Shown piece after piece: positions 32,065 to 42,153 of a stretch of DNA of 64,000 nucleotides. The stretch is from the IMG/VR virus record IMGVR_UViG_3300042455_001086, positions 193,167 to 257,166 of that record. One strand, 5' to 3'. The translations under genes and the position numbers were made by a program. The notes beneath the pieces were generated by a model that made no database searches, was not told the DNA's origin, and saw only the letters and a program-made list of their open reading frames with translations. Every line of letters begins with the position of its first letter. Position 1 is the stretch's first letter.

Positions 32065-33648
32065 TTAATCAATAGTTAATTCCCAACGAATATTTCCACA
32101 ATCATATATCCTATAAATTTTTCTATCAAACATAATTTGTTTTTCTGTTTTATCTTTATCATAACCCTCTTTCACCAGATTTGATTTATTAAAATTAAAT
32201 CTATAATGTCTTTTATCACCAATTACATACCAATAATTTGGTTTTGATTGTGAAATCATTTTAAAATTTAATTTCTCATACATTTTACCGTCAAAAATTC
32301 TAACATCAGAATATGATATTAACTTTTCTGGTTTATATGTTGAAACAAAAGACTTTAATAATTTCGATGCCGATCCAATAACATTTGTGTTTATCTTATT
32401 ACAAAATCTATTTAATTCCCATTCATCTTTTTTTCCTCCCATAATAATTCTACCTCTTGAAAATGTCATAAGTGATATTAATTCATCATTATGATATAGT
32501 CCTAGTTTTACACTTGAATTAACATTTCCCTGGATGTGGTTTTCATCTAAAAACTTTTTAGATTCTGGTGTTGATACTTCTTTTATAATACACTTTCTAG
32601 CATATATCTTATTTTCACTAATGTTAAGTTTATTTTTTATAATTGATTTTACAATCTCTTTTTTATATATCCATTCGTCTTCAAAAATATGAACTAAACC
32701 AATTCCAAGATTATTACATTTAATCGTCTTTTCCAAATGATAATTTGGTGATTTAAATAATTCATTATGCCAATATAGACCATTGAACTCAAACCCCATT
32801 TTATACTCCGGAATAAATAAATCGACTTCAGCTTTTGAATTAGGTAATTTATAATTTGTTATGTGTGTGATATTAATCTCGGTTAAAAACTTGGAAATTT
32901 CTTCTTCATAACCACTCCTCTGACTAAAACCAAGCGGGTTACAATTTAAACAACATTCATAATTTCTTTTATGTCGTTCATACAGTAATTGTTTGGGAAG
33001 TTCGGATTCATTTTTACAAGTCGGACAAAAAATAATAACCGAACCTTTTTTAACTTCCTTAAAACTAATATCTGGATATAAATTTTTAAAATCATTAATT
33101 AGTTTGTTTTTGTAATTATTTGATTTTGCATAATTATCAACCCCATATTTTAACTCACAAGTTCTTTTTTGTTTATCAACATTATTGTAACTACTATTAC
33201 CATAATTTATTTCTTTGGTTTTTTTACCCTTTTCAATATTATTGTAATTTTCATTACCGTATTTTTTTAATTTGGTTTCTTTTTGTTTTTTTATGAAATC
33301 ATTATGTTGAGTGTAGAAATCAACACCATACTTTTTATTGAAAGTTTTCTTTTGTCTATTAATTAATTCGTCCTTTGAATTATTTGCACAAGTTAAGGAA
33401 CAGAAATCACCGTATGGTTTATCAAATCTATTTCTAAATTTTATTTCATTGCCGCAAGATACGCATTTTGGTCTTTGTGTTAAATTATGAAAATAAAAAT
33501 ATATTTTTTCTTTAAAGGTTATATTGTCTTGGATATTTTTTGAATATTCAACTATTTTTGAATATAATTCTGGTTCATTATTATTTAACCATTTTTCATT
33601 GGTTTTATAACCAGATTTATTATTAGTTGTAAAAAAAGAAAAATCCAT
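32065..33648 (-). CDS. Hef-like putative homing endonuclease (Zn ribbon, KYG repeats, Vsr-like nuclease, GNAT/Mom-like C-terminus), copy 1
   Basis: CVSC..FCSLTC, KKYGV repeats, VDLFIPEYKMGFEFNGLYWH, IFEDEW, ENHIQG, ELNRFC, SYSD, YDCG. Confidence 0.75.
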   Translation of the reverse strand: MDFSFFTTNNKSGYKTNEKWLNNNEPELYSKIVEYSKNIQDNITFKEKIYFYFHNLTQRPKCVSCGNEIKFRNRFDKPYGDFCSLTCANNSKDELINRQKKTFNKKYGVDFYTQHNDFIKKQKETKLKKYGNENYNNIEKGKKTKEINYGNSSYNNVDKQKRTCELKYGVDNYAKSNNYKNKLINDFKNLYPDISFKEVKKGSVIIFCPTCKNESELPKQLLYERHKRNYECCLNCNPLGFSQRSGYEEEISKFLTEINITHITNYKLPNSKAEVDLFIPEYKMGFEFNGLYWHNELFKSPNYHLEKTIKCNNLGIGLVHIFEDEWIYKKEIVKSIIKNKLNISENKIYARKCIIKEVSTPESKKFLDENHIQGNVNSSVKLGLYHNDELISLMTFSRGRIIMGGKKDEWELNRFCNKINTNVIGSASKLLKSFVSTYKPEKLISYSDVRIFDGKMYEKLNFKMISQSKPNYWYVIGDKRHYRFNFNKSNLVKEGYDKDKTEKQIMFDRKIYRIYDCGNIRWELTID

Positions 33649-33710
33649 ACATTTACTATTTCTAATAAATATATGGATTTATATTTTGGTTGTAAAGGGT
33701 GTGTAAAAAA

Positions 33711-34199
33711 CTAATAAACTAAGATACAACGATCCATAACAATCGTGGAAGATATTGTTGAAACCTCATCTCCACCATATTTTAAAGATCCCCCATCGTA
33801 TCCGGTAAGCCAAGCACCTTCAAGAATCCATTTTTCAACAACAACTCCTGTTGGATCTAACATTTCAAGATCAACATTTTTCTTATATCCAGCGGCATAA
33901 CCCATACGACCAGTTACAGATTCAGCACAAGTTCTAATCCATTCCATAATAGCTTGTGTTGCAGACGGTCCGATTGGATCTCTAAATACAACAGGAAGTG
34001 ATTCCCAATTAAATTTACCAGCAACATAAACCTCAGTATTTAAGAATGGGATTGGAACTGAATTTATTTTTAATTTTGGTCGTGATGTGCTTTCAACATA
34101 CCATTCATTTATCCCCAAAGAAGAAGGGAATCTCAAGATCCACCTATTATTACGTTTAGGTTCGTAAGGGATAGGCATTTTCATTAATAAATCAGCCAT
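33711..34199 (-). CDS. Tail tube protein (gp19-like)
   Basis: YEPKRNNRWIL, YVAGKFNW, GYKKNVDLEMLDPTGVVVEKWILEGAW; downstream of sheath. Confidence 0.85.
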   Translation of the reverse strand: MADLLMKMPIPYEPKRNNRWILRFPSSLGINEWYVESTSRPKLKINSVPIPFLNTEVYVAGKFNWESLPVVFRDPIGPSATQAIMEWIRTCAESVTGRMGYAAGYKKNVDLEMLDPTGVVVEKWILEGAWLTGYDGGSLKYGGDEVSTISSTIVMDRCILVY

Positions 34200-34283
34200 T
34201 TTTTTGTTTTTTTTAATATTTATGTTTATATTTGTAAATTATATTATTTACATTACTCATAAATATCTTATAAAGTAAAAAAA

Positions 34284-35900
34284 ATGGATTTACTTAAATT
34301 TTTTATAGAAAATAATAATAGTGGTGCAAAAACTAAAGAATCTTTTTTAAAAAAAAATTATCCAGAGTTATATTTTGAAATAATTAACTACAATAACAAC
34401 GATTTAATTGATTTACCCTTTAAACAAAAAATATGGCACTACATCAATAAAATCCAAAATATACCAAAATGTCAGAATTGTGGTAATAATTTGAAATTTA
34501 AAAAATCATTAACTGAAGGTTATGGTTTATATTGTTCCGTTTTATGTGCCAACAAATGTGGAATAAGAAAAACAAAAATCAAAGAAACAAATATTGTTAA
34601 ATACGGTGGAAACGCACCAATTTGTTCTGATGATGTTAAAAATAAAATAAAAGAAAGTTTTATTAGATCATTTGGTGTTGATAATGTTTTTAAAGATAAA
34701 GAATATATAAAATCAAAAACAATAGAAAAACACAATGTTGATCATATATCAAAACTTGATTCAACCAAAGAAAAAATAAAAAACACAAACCAAACTAAAT
34801 ACGGTGTTTCAACTCCTTTAGTTTTACCAGAAATTAGACAAGTTGGGTTTGATAAAAAAACTGAATGGTTTTATTCTAAATATGAAAATTTAAATGTTAT
34901 TGGTTATACCGGAAAAACAATTGAAATAAAATGTGATAAATGTAATCAACCTTATTTAATTGAGAGGTCTTTGCTGTCTTATAGATTTGAAAATGACATA
35001 AACCCTTGTATTTTGTGTAATCCAATAAATGATTTAAAATCATTTAAAGAAAAACAAATCTGTGAATTTTTAGATGAACATAATATTAAATATGTTGAAA
35101 ATGACCGCAATATTCTTAAAGGTCAAGAATTAGATATTTTTATACCAGAACATAATATTGCCATTGAATTTGACGGTTTGTTTTGGCATTCAGATAAATT
35201 TAAAGACAAACAATATCATAGTTTAAAAACAAATGAATGTAAAAAACTAGGTATTAGAGTGGTTCATATTTTTGAAGATGAATGGGATAATAAAAAAGAA
35301 ATTGTAAAAAGTAGAATTAAAACATTATTAGGTCTTACTAGTGTTCGTGTTTTTGCTAGAAATTGTGAAGTAAAATATGTCGACACACAAACAAAAACAA
35401 AATTCTTGGAAGAAAACCATATCCAGGGCTCAGTTGGTAGTAAATTTAATTTAGGTTTATATTACAATTCAAATTTAATATCTATAATGACATTTGGTAA
35501 AAAAAGATTAAATCTTGGATATAAAAAAACAGAAAACAATGAATATGAATTACTTCGTTTTTGTAATAAACTAAACCACATTGTTGTTGGGGGTGCGTCT
35601 AAGCTACTTAAAAGGTTTATCGTTGATCAATCACCAAAAGAAATTATAAGTTATGCTGATAAGAGGTGGAGTAATGGTAATTTATATGAGAAGTTGAACT
35701 TTTCTTTTGTAAAAGAAACAACACCGAATTATTACTATGTCGTTAATAAAAAAAGAGAATCAAGATTCAAATACAGAAAAGATGTTTTGGTTGATTTGGG
35801 ATATGATTCAAATAAAAGTGAATTTGAGATAATGGAAGAAAGAGGTATTCCAAAAATTTATGATTGTGGAAATCTATTATACAAAAAATCCCTAAAGTAA
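34284..35900 (+). CDS. Hef-like putative homing endonuclease, copy 2
   Basis: Same architecture: ELDIFIPEHNIAIEFDGLFWH, IFEDEW, ENHIQG, ELLRFC, SYAD, YDCG. Confidence 0.75.
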   Translation: MDLLKFFIENNNSGAKTKESFLKKNYPELYFEIINYNNNDLIDLPFKQKIWHYINKIQNIPKCQNCGNNLKFKKSLTEGYGLYCSVLCANKCGIRKTKIKETNIVKYGGNAPICSDDVKNKIKESFIRSFGVDNVFKDKEYIKSKTIEKHNVDHISKLDSTKEKIKNTNQTKYGVSTPLVLPEIRQVGFDKKTEWFYSKYENLNVIGYTGKTIEIKCDKCNQPYLIERSLLSYRFENDINPCILCNPINDLKSFKEKQICEFLDEHNIKYVENDRNILKGQELDIFIPEHNIAIEFDGLFWHSDKFKDKQYHSLKTNECKKLGIRVVHIFEDEWDNKKEIVKSRIKTLLGLTSVRVFARNCEVKYVDTQTKTKFLEENHIQGSVGSKFNLGLYYNSNLISIMTFGKKRLNLGYKKTENNEYELLRFCNKLNHIVVGGASKLLKRFIVDQSPKEIISYADKRWSNGNLYEKLNFSFVKETTPNYYYVVNKKRESRFKYRKDVLVDLGYDSNKSEFEIMEERGIPKIYDCGNLLYKKSLK

Positions 35901-35914
35901 AATTTAGGGATTTT
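35883..35914. terminator. Bidirectional terminator between convergent genes
   Basis: AAAATCCCTAAA ... TTTAGGGATTTT inverted repeat with A/T runs. Confidence 0.65.
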
Positions 35915-35980
35915 AAAAATTTTTCTATTTACTTTGGATTATTTTTGAGTATTCATATATTATATATAACTTAATATATT

Positions 35981-36814
35981 TTAATATTTAGTTTTCTTTC
36001 CTCCTGCTGTTAAATAAGTTTGTAATATATTATCTTTCTTTTTATCAAAATGACTTTTCATCTTTTCTACATTTCTTACATCATCATCTGAAAAACCAAT
36101 AAATGGTGTAAAATAATTTGAAATTTTATTTTTCATAAATGCTTTTTTCTGTAATCTATGTGATAATAGTTTTACATATCTAACGAACTCTTCCATAGCA
36201 TCAATTTTTCCTTGCTCCGGATTCGTTGCCGAACCTTCACCAAATGATACCGGGTGGAATCTACACATATCTAAATATATATCTACAAGTTCATCATCCG
36301 TTAAATCTTCTTCATCTGCAAGGTCTCTATATTTTTTAAGATTTTTAACTAATTCAGATTTACTTAAACCGTGTTTATTTGAATTAATTAATCTATGAAC
36401 CGCTTCCTTTAAAATTGAAGGTGTATGCCCTCTAGCTGTGACGATTGCAAAGATTGAACCATTATTTATTGCTTCCACAAAATCAGACCACGCTGGTCCT
36501 GTTGGAGCTTTCATTGCATCAGTTAAGAACTTATTATCTCCAGTCACTCTAAAGTCTCTAAATGGATCTTCATCAAAACCAACAATTGTATTTCCTTTAT
36601 AGTTAAAGGGTTCTTTTCCGATTTCAGTTCTATACTCAGCAAAATCTTCTGTCGACATACCAACTGGTTTTCCATTATCATCCTTCAGATAAATTTTTGT
36701 CGGCATAAACATCAAATTATCATCCCAATCAAAAGCATAATATTTCATTGTTGGTGATGAGGTTTCATCAATTATTTCATTGATTAATTTTTTTATGTAT
36801 TTTTTCTGATTCAT
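35981..36814 (-). CDS. HAD-superfamily hydrolase-like protein
   Basis: Motif I FDWDDNL, motif II IVTARG, motif IV FSDDD. Confidence 0.65.
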   Translation of the reverse strand: MNQKKYIKKLINEIIDETSSPTMKYYAFDWDDNLMFMPTKIYLKDDNGKPVGMSTEDFAEYRTEIGKEPFNYKGNTIVGFDEDPFRDFRVTGDNKFLTDAMKAPTGPAWSDFVEAINNGSIFAIVTARGHTPSILKEAVHRLINSNKHGLSKSELVKNLKKYRDLADEEDLTDDELVDIYLDMCRFHPVSFGEGSATNPEQGKIDAMEEFVRYVKLLSHRLQKKAFMKNKISNYFTPFIGFSDDDVRNVEKMKSHFDKKKDNILQTYLTAGGKKTKY

Positions 36815-36836
36815 AACAATAAATATTGATTATAAT

Positions 36837-36864
36837 AAAAAAAGGGAGAACTTGTCTCCCTTTT
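36837..36864 (-). terminator. Rho-independent terminator
   Basis: AAAGGGAGA-5nt-TCTCCCTTT with A/T runs. Confidence 0.7.
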
Positions 36865-36867
36865 CCT

Positions 36868-38391
36868 TTAATTTATTTTCAATTCAAATTTTAACGAACC
36901 ACAATCCCATATCCTATCATATTTTTTTAATTTCATAATTTCCCATTCTGTTAATTCTTTATTGTAACCTTCTTTGACTAAAACATCTTTCCTAAACGAA
37001 AATCTATGTGATCTATTTAAATATCTTTCTGTGTTTATATACCAATAATTTGGTGGTGTTTGTTTTACGAAATTAAAACCATTTTTAAAATACACAGTTT
37101 TTGTTTGATCTAAACCAGACCATCGAATATCAGCAAATGTTTCTATTTTAGATGGATTATATTTTTTAATGAAGTTCTTTAATAGTTTAGAAAATCCACC
37201 AATAATTGTTAAATTAATTTTATTACAAAATCTAACTAACTCATATTCTGAATTATCCCTATTATCATTACCTAATGATTTTCTTTTTTTTCCAAATGTC
37301 ATAACAGAAACTAATTCATCATTATAAAATAGACCAAATCTAACCTTATCTATCGAATTTCCTTGTAAATGGTTATTTGTTAAAAACAATGAGGATTCTT
37401 TTTTTGGAATTTCTTTTATTTCACATTTTCTGGCGAAAATTTTATTACTCAATTCTAATTTATTTTTTAATTTTGACAACACAATATCTTTCTTTAATAA
37501 GATTTCATCTTCATAAAATTGAATGAGGGTGATTCCTTTATCATAACAAAGTTTTGTTTTATCAATATGATAATTTTTTGTTTTTTCACCACTTATTTCA
37601 GAATGGTAATAATTACCATTAACCTCAATTCCAATATTATAATCCGGTAAATAAATATCTATTTCTCTACCATTTAGTATTTTTCTATCACCATCAATAT
37701 GTTTAACACCTATACTATTTAGATAATCTTTAATTATTTGTTCCAGTTTTGAATTTTTAATAATTGGGTAACACTTACGACATATCGGAATTTTACCAGA
37801 ACCTAAAATTGTGCTACTAAAGATATTGTCACATTTACAACATTTAAACATATAAGGTTGTGATGTTTTACCACTTTTATTAGCCACATATGTATCTAAT
37901 ATCTCAAGATTATTTTCATTTAATTTTGGTAGTAAATTTAATAAATGTTTATCTCTCAATGTTGATTTTAATTTGTCGACAAATTCCGGAACTAACATTG
38001 GGGATTTAACTCCGTATTTTTTCATAAAAATACTCTCATACGACTCTTTGAATTCTTTTGTTTTAAACAAACTATCAACCCCATATTTTTGACGGAGTGT
38101 GTTCTTCGATTTGCCTAACCGATATTCAATATGTTTAGGATTTGAGTTCCATAATATTCTACATTCTTCCGAACATATTTTTTTCTGATGTTTCTTCCTT
38201 TCTTCAAATTCTTTACCACATTGAACGCAAGTTCTTATTTCTCTAACATTAGAGTCTTTCGTCTTACCAAGTAATTTATTCTTTCTAGCGTAGTTAAAAT
38301 AACAACTTCTATCACAAAATTTCTTATCTCTGTGTTTAAAATCAGTAATAAATGATTTATTACAAGATAAACATTCTAATTCAACTTTCAT
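36868..38391 (-). CDS. Hef-like putative homing endonuclease, copy 3
   Basis: Probable start MKVELECLSC (38391); two Cys4 motifs, KYGV repeats, EIDIYLPDYNIGIEVNGNYYH, NNHLQG, ELVRFC, WDCG. Confidence 0.75.
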   Translation of the reverse strand: MKVELECLSCNKSFITDFKHRDKKFCDRSCYFNYARKNKLLGKTKDSNVREIRTCVQCGKEFEERKKHQKKICSEECRILWNSNPKHIEYRLGKSKNTLRQKYGVDSLFKTKEFKESYESIFMKKYGVKSPMLVPEFVDKLKSTLRDKHLLNLLPKLNENNLEILDTYVANKSGKTSQPYMFKCCKCDNIFSSTILGSGKIPICRKCYPIIKNSKLEQIIKDYLNSIGVKHIDGDRKILNGREIDIYLPDYNIGIEVNGNYYHSEISGEKTKNYHIDKTKLCYDKGITLIQFYEDEILLKKDIVLSKLKNKLELSNKIFARKCEIKEIPKKESSLFLTNNHLQGNSIDKVRFGLFYNDELVSVMTFGKKRKSLGNDNRDNSEYELVRFCNKINLTIIGGFSKLLKNFIKKYNPSKIETFADIRWSGLDQTKTVYFKNGFNFVKQTPPNYWYINTERYLNRSHRFSFRKDVLVKEGYNKELTEWEIMKLKKYDRIWDCGSLKFELKIN

Positions 38392-38460
38392 CGGTAAAAT
38401 ATATTTAATAGTTATGAGTATGTCTCTACAAATAAATATACGAAGATAATATAAAAAAAC

Positions 38461-38491
38461 AAAATCCCCCAAAAAAAATTTGAGGGATTTT
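38461..38491 (-). terminator. Terminator-like hairpin after sheath gene
   Basis: AAAATCCC.CAAA ... TTTG.GGGATTTT. Confidence 0.55.
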
Positions 38492-38514
38492 ACTTTTAAT
38501 CTATTTTGTTTTCA

Positions 38515-41500
38515 CTAAATATTATCAAAAGATGCACCAGTTGGTGTAATATAGAAGGTAATATCTATAAATTCTAACGAACGAGTTGGTTTAATATAGA
38601 TTTTACCAGTCAATTGATTTCTATCTAAATCAGCAGTATCACTTGACACCTCAACTCGGAAATCATATAGACCTCTATCTCTTCTAATAGCATCCAAGAT
38701 TGGATTAACCGCATTCAAGAAATCTTGTCTTACTTGTTCATCATTTTGGTCAAACAACAATCTTACAGAAACCGCTGAAATTAACTTACGAGCTTGTAAT
38801 AACAATCTTCTCACATTAATTCTATCAAGTGCGGATTCTCTAACTTGAAGGGTTTTGTTACCCCAGATTACAGTTCCAACATCAGCAAATGTTGCAATTG
38901 GGTTGATTCTACCAACATAAAGAACATCTCTATCTTCTTGAGTTAATTTCTTACGAGCTTTAACCGCATTTACAATACCACGAGTATAACCAGCTGCCGC
39001 AAACCAAGGGAATGCAATATTATCTGTAAGTGCCAAGTTTCTTGTAACCTCAGCCGTTGCTGGGATGTAAATTTGTGTATTATTTACAGTATCTCTTGTT
39101 AATACCCAAGGATAATATGTTGCAGTATAGTTAGAATCAATTCCAGTTTCTTCCAAATTATCAACAGCTTCTTGTGGATAAATTAAATTATCACCTTCAG
39201 TTGTTGATGCTACAAACATATTATAGTCTGGTGTTGTTGTAATGTATAATGAATCCGCTCTATCATTCTCAATCATATCAATAGTAGCTTCAACTAAATC
39301 ACTATTATTTACATAATCAATCCCTGGTGATACAAATACATTAATATTAACAGCTTCAGGATTAGCAAATGTTCTAATACCAAGTAAATACGCGTAGTAA
39401 TCGGTGTTTGCATAATCCATAGTCTGGTCACCAACGGCAATTTGTTTAAATGCACCCCATCCTTTAGCAGTTGGGTATCTGTCTGACACACAAGCACCAT
39501 TTAAGAATCCTTGACGACCTAATACAAATCTATCACCATTTGTTCTATATTCTCTATAAATATCCCAACCATCAAATCCACCATTAACAAATAAAGTGAA
39601 TTTTCTTGAGAATAATCTGTAATATGGACTATCTGGACTTGTAGGTTCAGAAGAGAATGCGGCCGCACCTACATAATATTTAGGAGTTCCACTTGTTGCA
39701 AATGCACTTGAAATTGTAATTCCACTTGCAAATTGATCCATATGGAAACCTTTCGTTTTGTATGACCATTCACCACCTTCCAAATCACAAGTTGAGATAG
39801 GTGCTCTTTTTCCTTTATATTCAAAGAAACTTGTGTCAAAACCAATATTACTTGACATACCAAGGTAAGTTTTTCTAATATTGTCACCAGAAGTTCTAAT
39901 TGCATCATCAGCACCTGAAGCCAAACCAAATGGTGGGTTATATATTACTTCACCTGGGAAATCATATTTGGTCTTATAAACTGGGAATGGAGATTTAACA
40001 CCAACATATTCTCTAAATACATAACCGTCAAATCCACAAGGAAGTGCATCAACTGGCGCATCTTCGTTCATTTCAACCATAATGTATTTAGAATTCATTT
40101 CAAATTCACCGTCTAATGTTCCGATTTTTTTAGCAATAAAGTTATTTTGTGATGGATCCATAGAACAGTTTGTAAATTTCTCAATAACAACCGGATTTGA
40201 ATCAACATCAAAATAATCCCTAACTAATACATCAAATGTTCTATTAGCAAATGAGATATTGATAATTGAGATTTTAACCTCACTATTTGCGGAATTACCA
40301 TCAGAAATAGTGTAGAACTTGAATAAGTTAAATGTTTTCGTACCTCTCAATTCTGATACAACCCAAGGAGATGATGGCGATTGGAATTTTTCTAAATACC
40401 AACCGATTGTATTTGGATCTTCACTTTGAGCCGAATCAAGGGCTGTAAGTTCAGCACTTAAACCTCTGATATAACCTTTTCTCCAACCATAATTTAATAA
40501 CGCTTGGAATCTTTCTTCCAAGAATAATGGAGTTGATGTTCTTGGTTTCCCAAAGTTAGTTCCACCAAATACTTTTGCGATATATTGTGAATCTGATTGA
40601 CTAAACGATGTTTCAAAAATAAAGTTAGTTCCAGAATCGTTTGTTACATTTACAGCAAATGGTAAATATGGGTTTTTAAGAACTCCAGAATATTGACCTG
40701 ACATATTAAGAGTAACATTTGAAATATCAGAAACTTCAAATACTGGATTATTTTCATCTGAATATGTTGCAATACCTCTTGATCTTAATGTTGCAACAAC
40801 CAAATCGTCATAATCTGTATATGTCACACCAGAATAATAATATAGTGTTCCTACTAACATACCTTCAAAACATCTAACATTTACTGGTATTGGAGTTGGT
40901 GCCGGTGTAGTAGTTGGAGTTGGTGTAATACAAGGATTTGTAGGTGTTGGTGTAGGTGTTGCACTCGGAGTAGGTGTAGGTGTCGGTACAATTGGGAAAA
41001 CTTCAGTTAAACCAGACACAAATGTGTAGAATGAAAACCCTGAATATAATCCATTATTTGTATTATTAAATAAAGCATAATACCAAGCATCATTAAATGG
41101 TGATGTATAATCCGTTAAATCACTTGATGGTGATGGAACATTAAATACATTTGTTTCAGCTGAATAACCAAGACTAACTAAACTATCATAGTCATCACCC
41201 CAAATTGAACCATAGTAGTTAATATTTCTAGTTTGAGCTGTAAGTGGATCTCCATTATCTGTAATAATATTAAAGATTTGATCTCTAATGTTAGTATCAA
41301 GTGTTGAAATTGAACCATCAAAGTTTTCGTATTGTTGTAATAAGAATTCATTGGTTAATGGACTAGGTAATGAGTCATATATGATACTATCTTCAGAATT
41401 AGTGCAAGCTGTAAATGGAACCATAAATGTAATTGCACTTGGTATAACACAAATAGTATCACACACATTATTCGGATCTGTTATTGCACTAAGACATAAG

Positions 41501-41868
41501 AAATCAACTGTTTTAGGATCAACATTTGCTTTGGTTACGATAGACCAAGATGGACCAGCGTCATAACCGGATAAACCCAATATTCTTGTAACAAATAATT
41601 GGTTTGATTGTTGTAAATATGCTTTTGCGATATAAGACGCTTCATATTTAGGAATTTGTGTATTCACAAATTTTTCTGGTGAAGTTCCACCAAAGTAGGT
41701 TTGGAATTCATCATAGTTTCTAATAAAAATTGGTTCAAAAGCAGGACCCTTTAAAGTCTCTCCTGCAATACCCAAAGTTGTAACACCAACACTTTGTGCA
41801 ACAAAGCTTAGATCAACTTCTGAAGTATAAACCCCTGGTGAAACAAATATTTTACTGTTAGTTGCCAT
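38515..41868 (-). CDS. Contractile tail sheath protein (gp18-like) with large insertion including a Pro/Thr tract
   Basis: FVSPGVYTSEVD, TYYPWV, PWFAAAGYTRG, INPIATF..VIWGNKTL..LDRINVRRL, IKPTRSLEFIDITF. Confidence 0.92.
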   Translation of the reverse strand: MATNSKIFVSPGVYTSEVDLSFVAQSVGVTTLGIAGETLKGPAFEPIFIRNYDEFQTYFGGTSPEKFVNTQIPKYEASYIAKAYLQQSNQLFVTRILGLSGYDAGPSWSIVTKANVDPKTVDFLCLSAITDPNNVCDTICVIPSAITFMVPFTACTNSEDSIIYDSLPSPLTNEFLLQQYENFDGSISTLDTNIRDQIFNIITDNGDPLTAQTRNINYYGSIWGDDYDSLVSLGYSAETNVFNVPSPSSDLTDYTSPFNDAWYYALFNNTNNGLYSGFSFYTFVSGLTEVFPIVPTPTPTPSATPTPTPTNPCITPTPTTTPAPTPIPVNVRCFEGMLVGTLYYYSGVTYTDYDDLVVATLRSRGIATYSDENNPVFEVSDISNVTLNMSGQYSGVLKNPYLPFAVNVTNDSGTNFIFETSFSQSDSQYIAKVFGGTNFGKPRTSTPLFLEERFQALLNYGWRKGYIRGLSAELTALDSAQSEDPNTIGWYLEKFQSPSSPWVVSELRGTKTFNLFKFYTISDGNSANSEVKISIINISFANRTFDVLVRDYFDVDSNPVVIEKFTNCSMDPSQNNFIAKKIGTLDGEFEMNSKYIMVEMNEDAPVDALPCGFDGYVFREYVGVKSPFPVYKTKYDFPGEVIYNPPFGLASGADDAIRTSGDNIRKTYLGMSSNIGFDTSFFEYKGKRAPISTCDLEGGEWSYKTKGFHMDQFASGITISSAFATSGTPKYYVGAAAFSSEPTSPDSPYYRLFSRKFTLFVNGGFDGWDIYREYRTNGDRFVLGRQGFLNGACVSDRYPTAKGWGAFKQIAVGDQTMDYANTDYYAYLLGIRTFANPEAVNINVFVSPGIDYVNNSDLVEATIDMIENDRADSLYITTTPDYNMFVASTTEGDNLIYPQEAVDNLEETGIDSNYTATYYPWVLTRDTVNNTQIYIPATAEVTRNLALTDNIAFPWFAAAGYTRGIVNAVKARKKLTQEDRDVLYVGRINPIATFADVGTVIWGNKTLQVRESALDRINVRRLLLQARKLISAVSVRLLFDQNDEQVRQDFLNAVNPILDAIRRDRGLYDFRVEVSSDTADLDRNQLTGKIYIKPTRSLEFIDITFYITPTGASFDNI
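40885..40996 (-). repeat. Mucin-like (PT)n tract in tail sheath
   Basis: PIVPTPTPTPSATPTPTPTNPCITPTPTTTPAPTPIP. Confidence 0.85.
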
Positions 41869-41902
41869 AGATTTTAAATTTTATGTTTTAATTTATTTTA
41901 CT

Positions 41903-41952
41903 ATAAATATTGTGTTTTTTAGCAAAAACTTTACTTACATAAAACTATTTAT
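41903..41952. promoter_or_regulatory. Back-to-back TATTTAT motifs for sheath (minus) and RHH gene (plus); representative of a window-wide motif
   Basis: ATAAATA at 41903-41909 and TATTTAT at 41946-41952; same motif precedes about 20 genes. Confidence 0.6.
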
Positions 41953-41988
41953 ATTTTGGTGAGAATTTTTTCTACCTTTTTTCTACCT

Positions 41989-42153
41989 ATGGAACAAAAC
42001 AATAAAAAAATTAAAAATTTAAAGATTGATAAGGATGTTCATAACATCTTAAAAAAGTATTGTGATAAAAGAGGTTTAAAAATGTATAAATTTCTTGAGG
42101 GACTCATCATTGAAAAGTGTAAAGAAAAAAGAGATATATATGGTGAAGATTAA
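41989..42153 (+). CDS. Small ribbon-helix-helix-like DNA-binding protein
   Basis: KNLKIDKDVHNILKKYCDKRGLKMYKFLEGLI pattern; ATG at 41989 with TATTTAT upstream. Confidence 0.55.
   Translation: MEQNNKKIKNLKIDKDVHNILKKYCDKRGLKMYKFLEGLIIEKCKEKRDIYGED

Noticed and set aside
4418-41868. Bacterial contractile injection system (eCIS/T6SS) rather than phage
   Set aside because: Interleaved with phage replication genes, neck proteins and homing endonucleases; no bacterial housekeeping context
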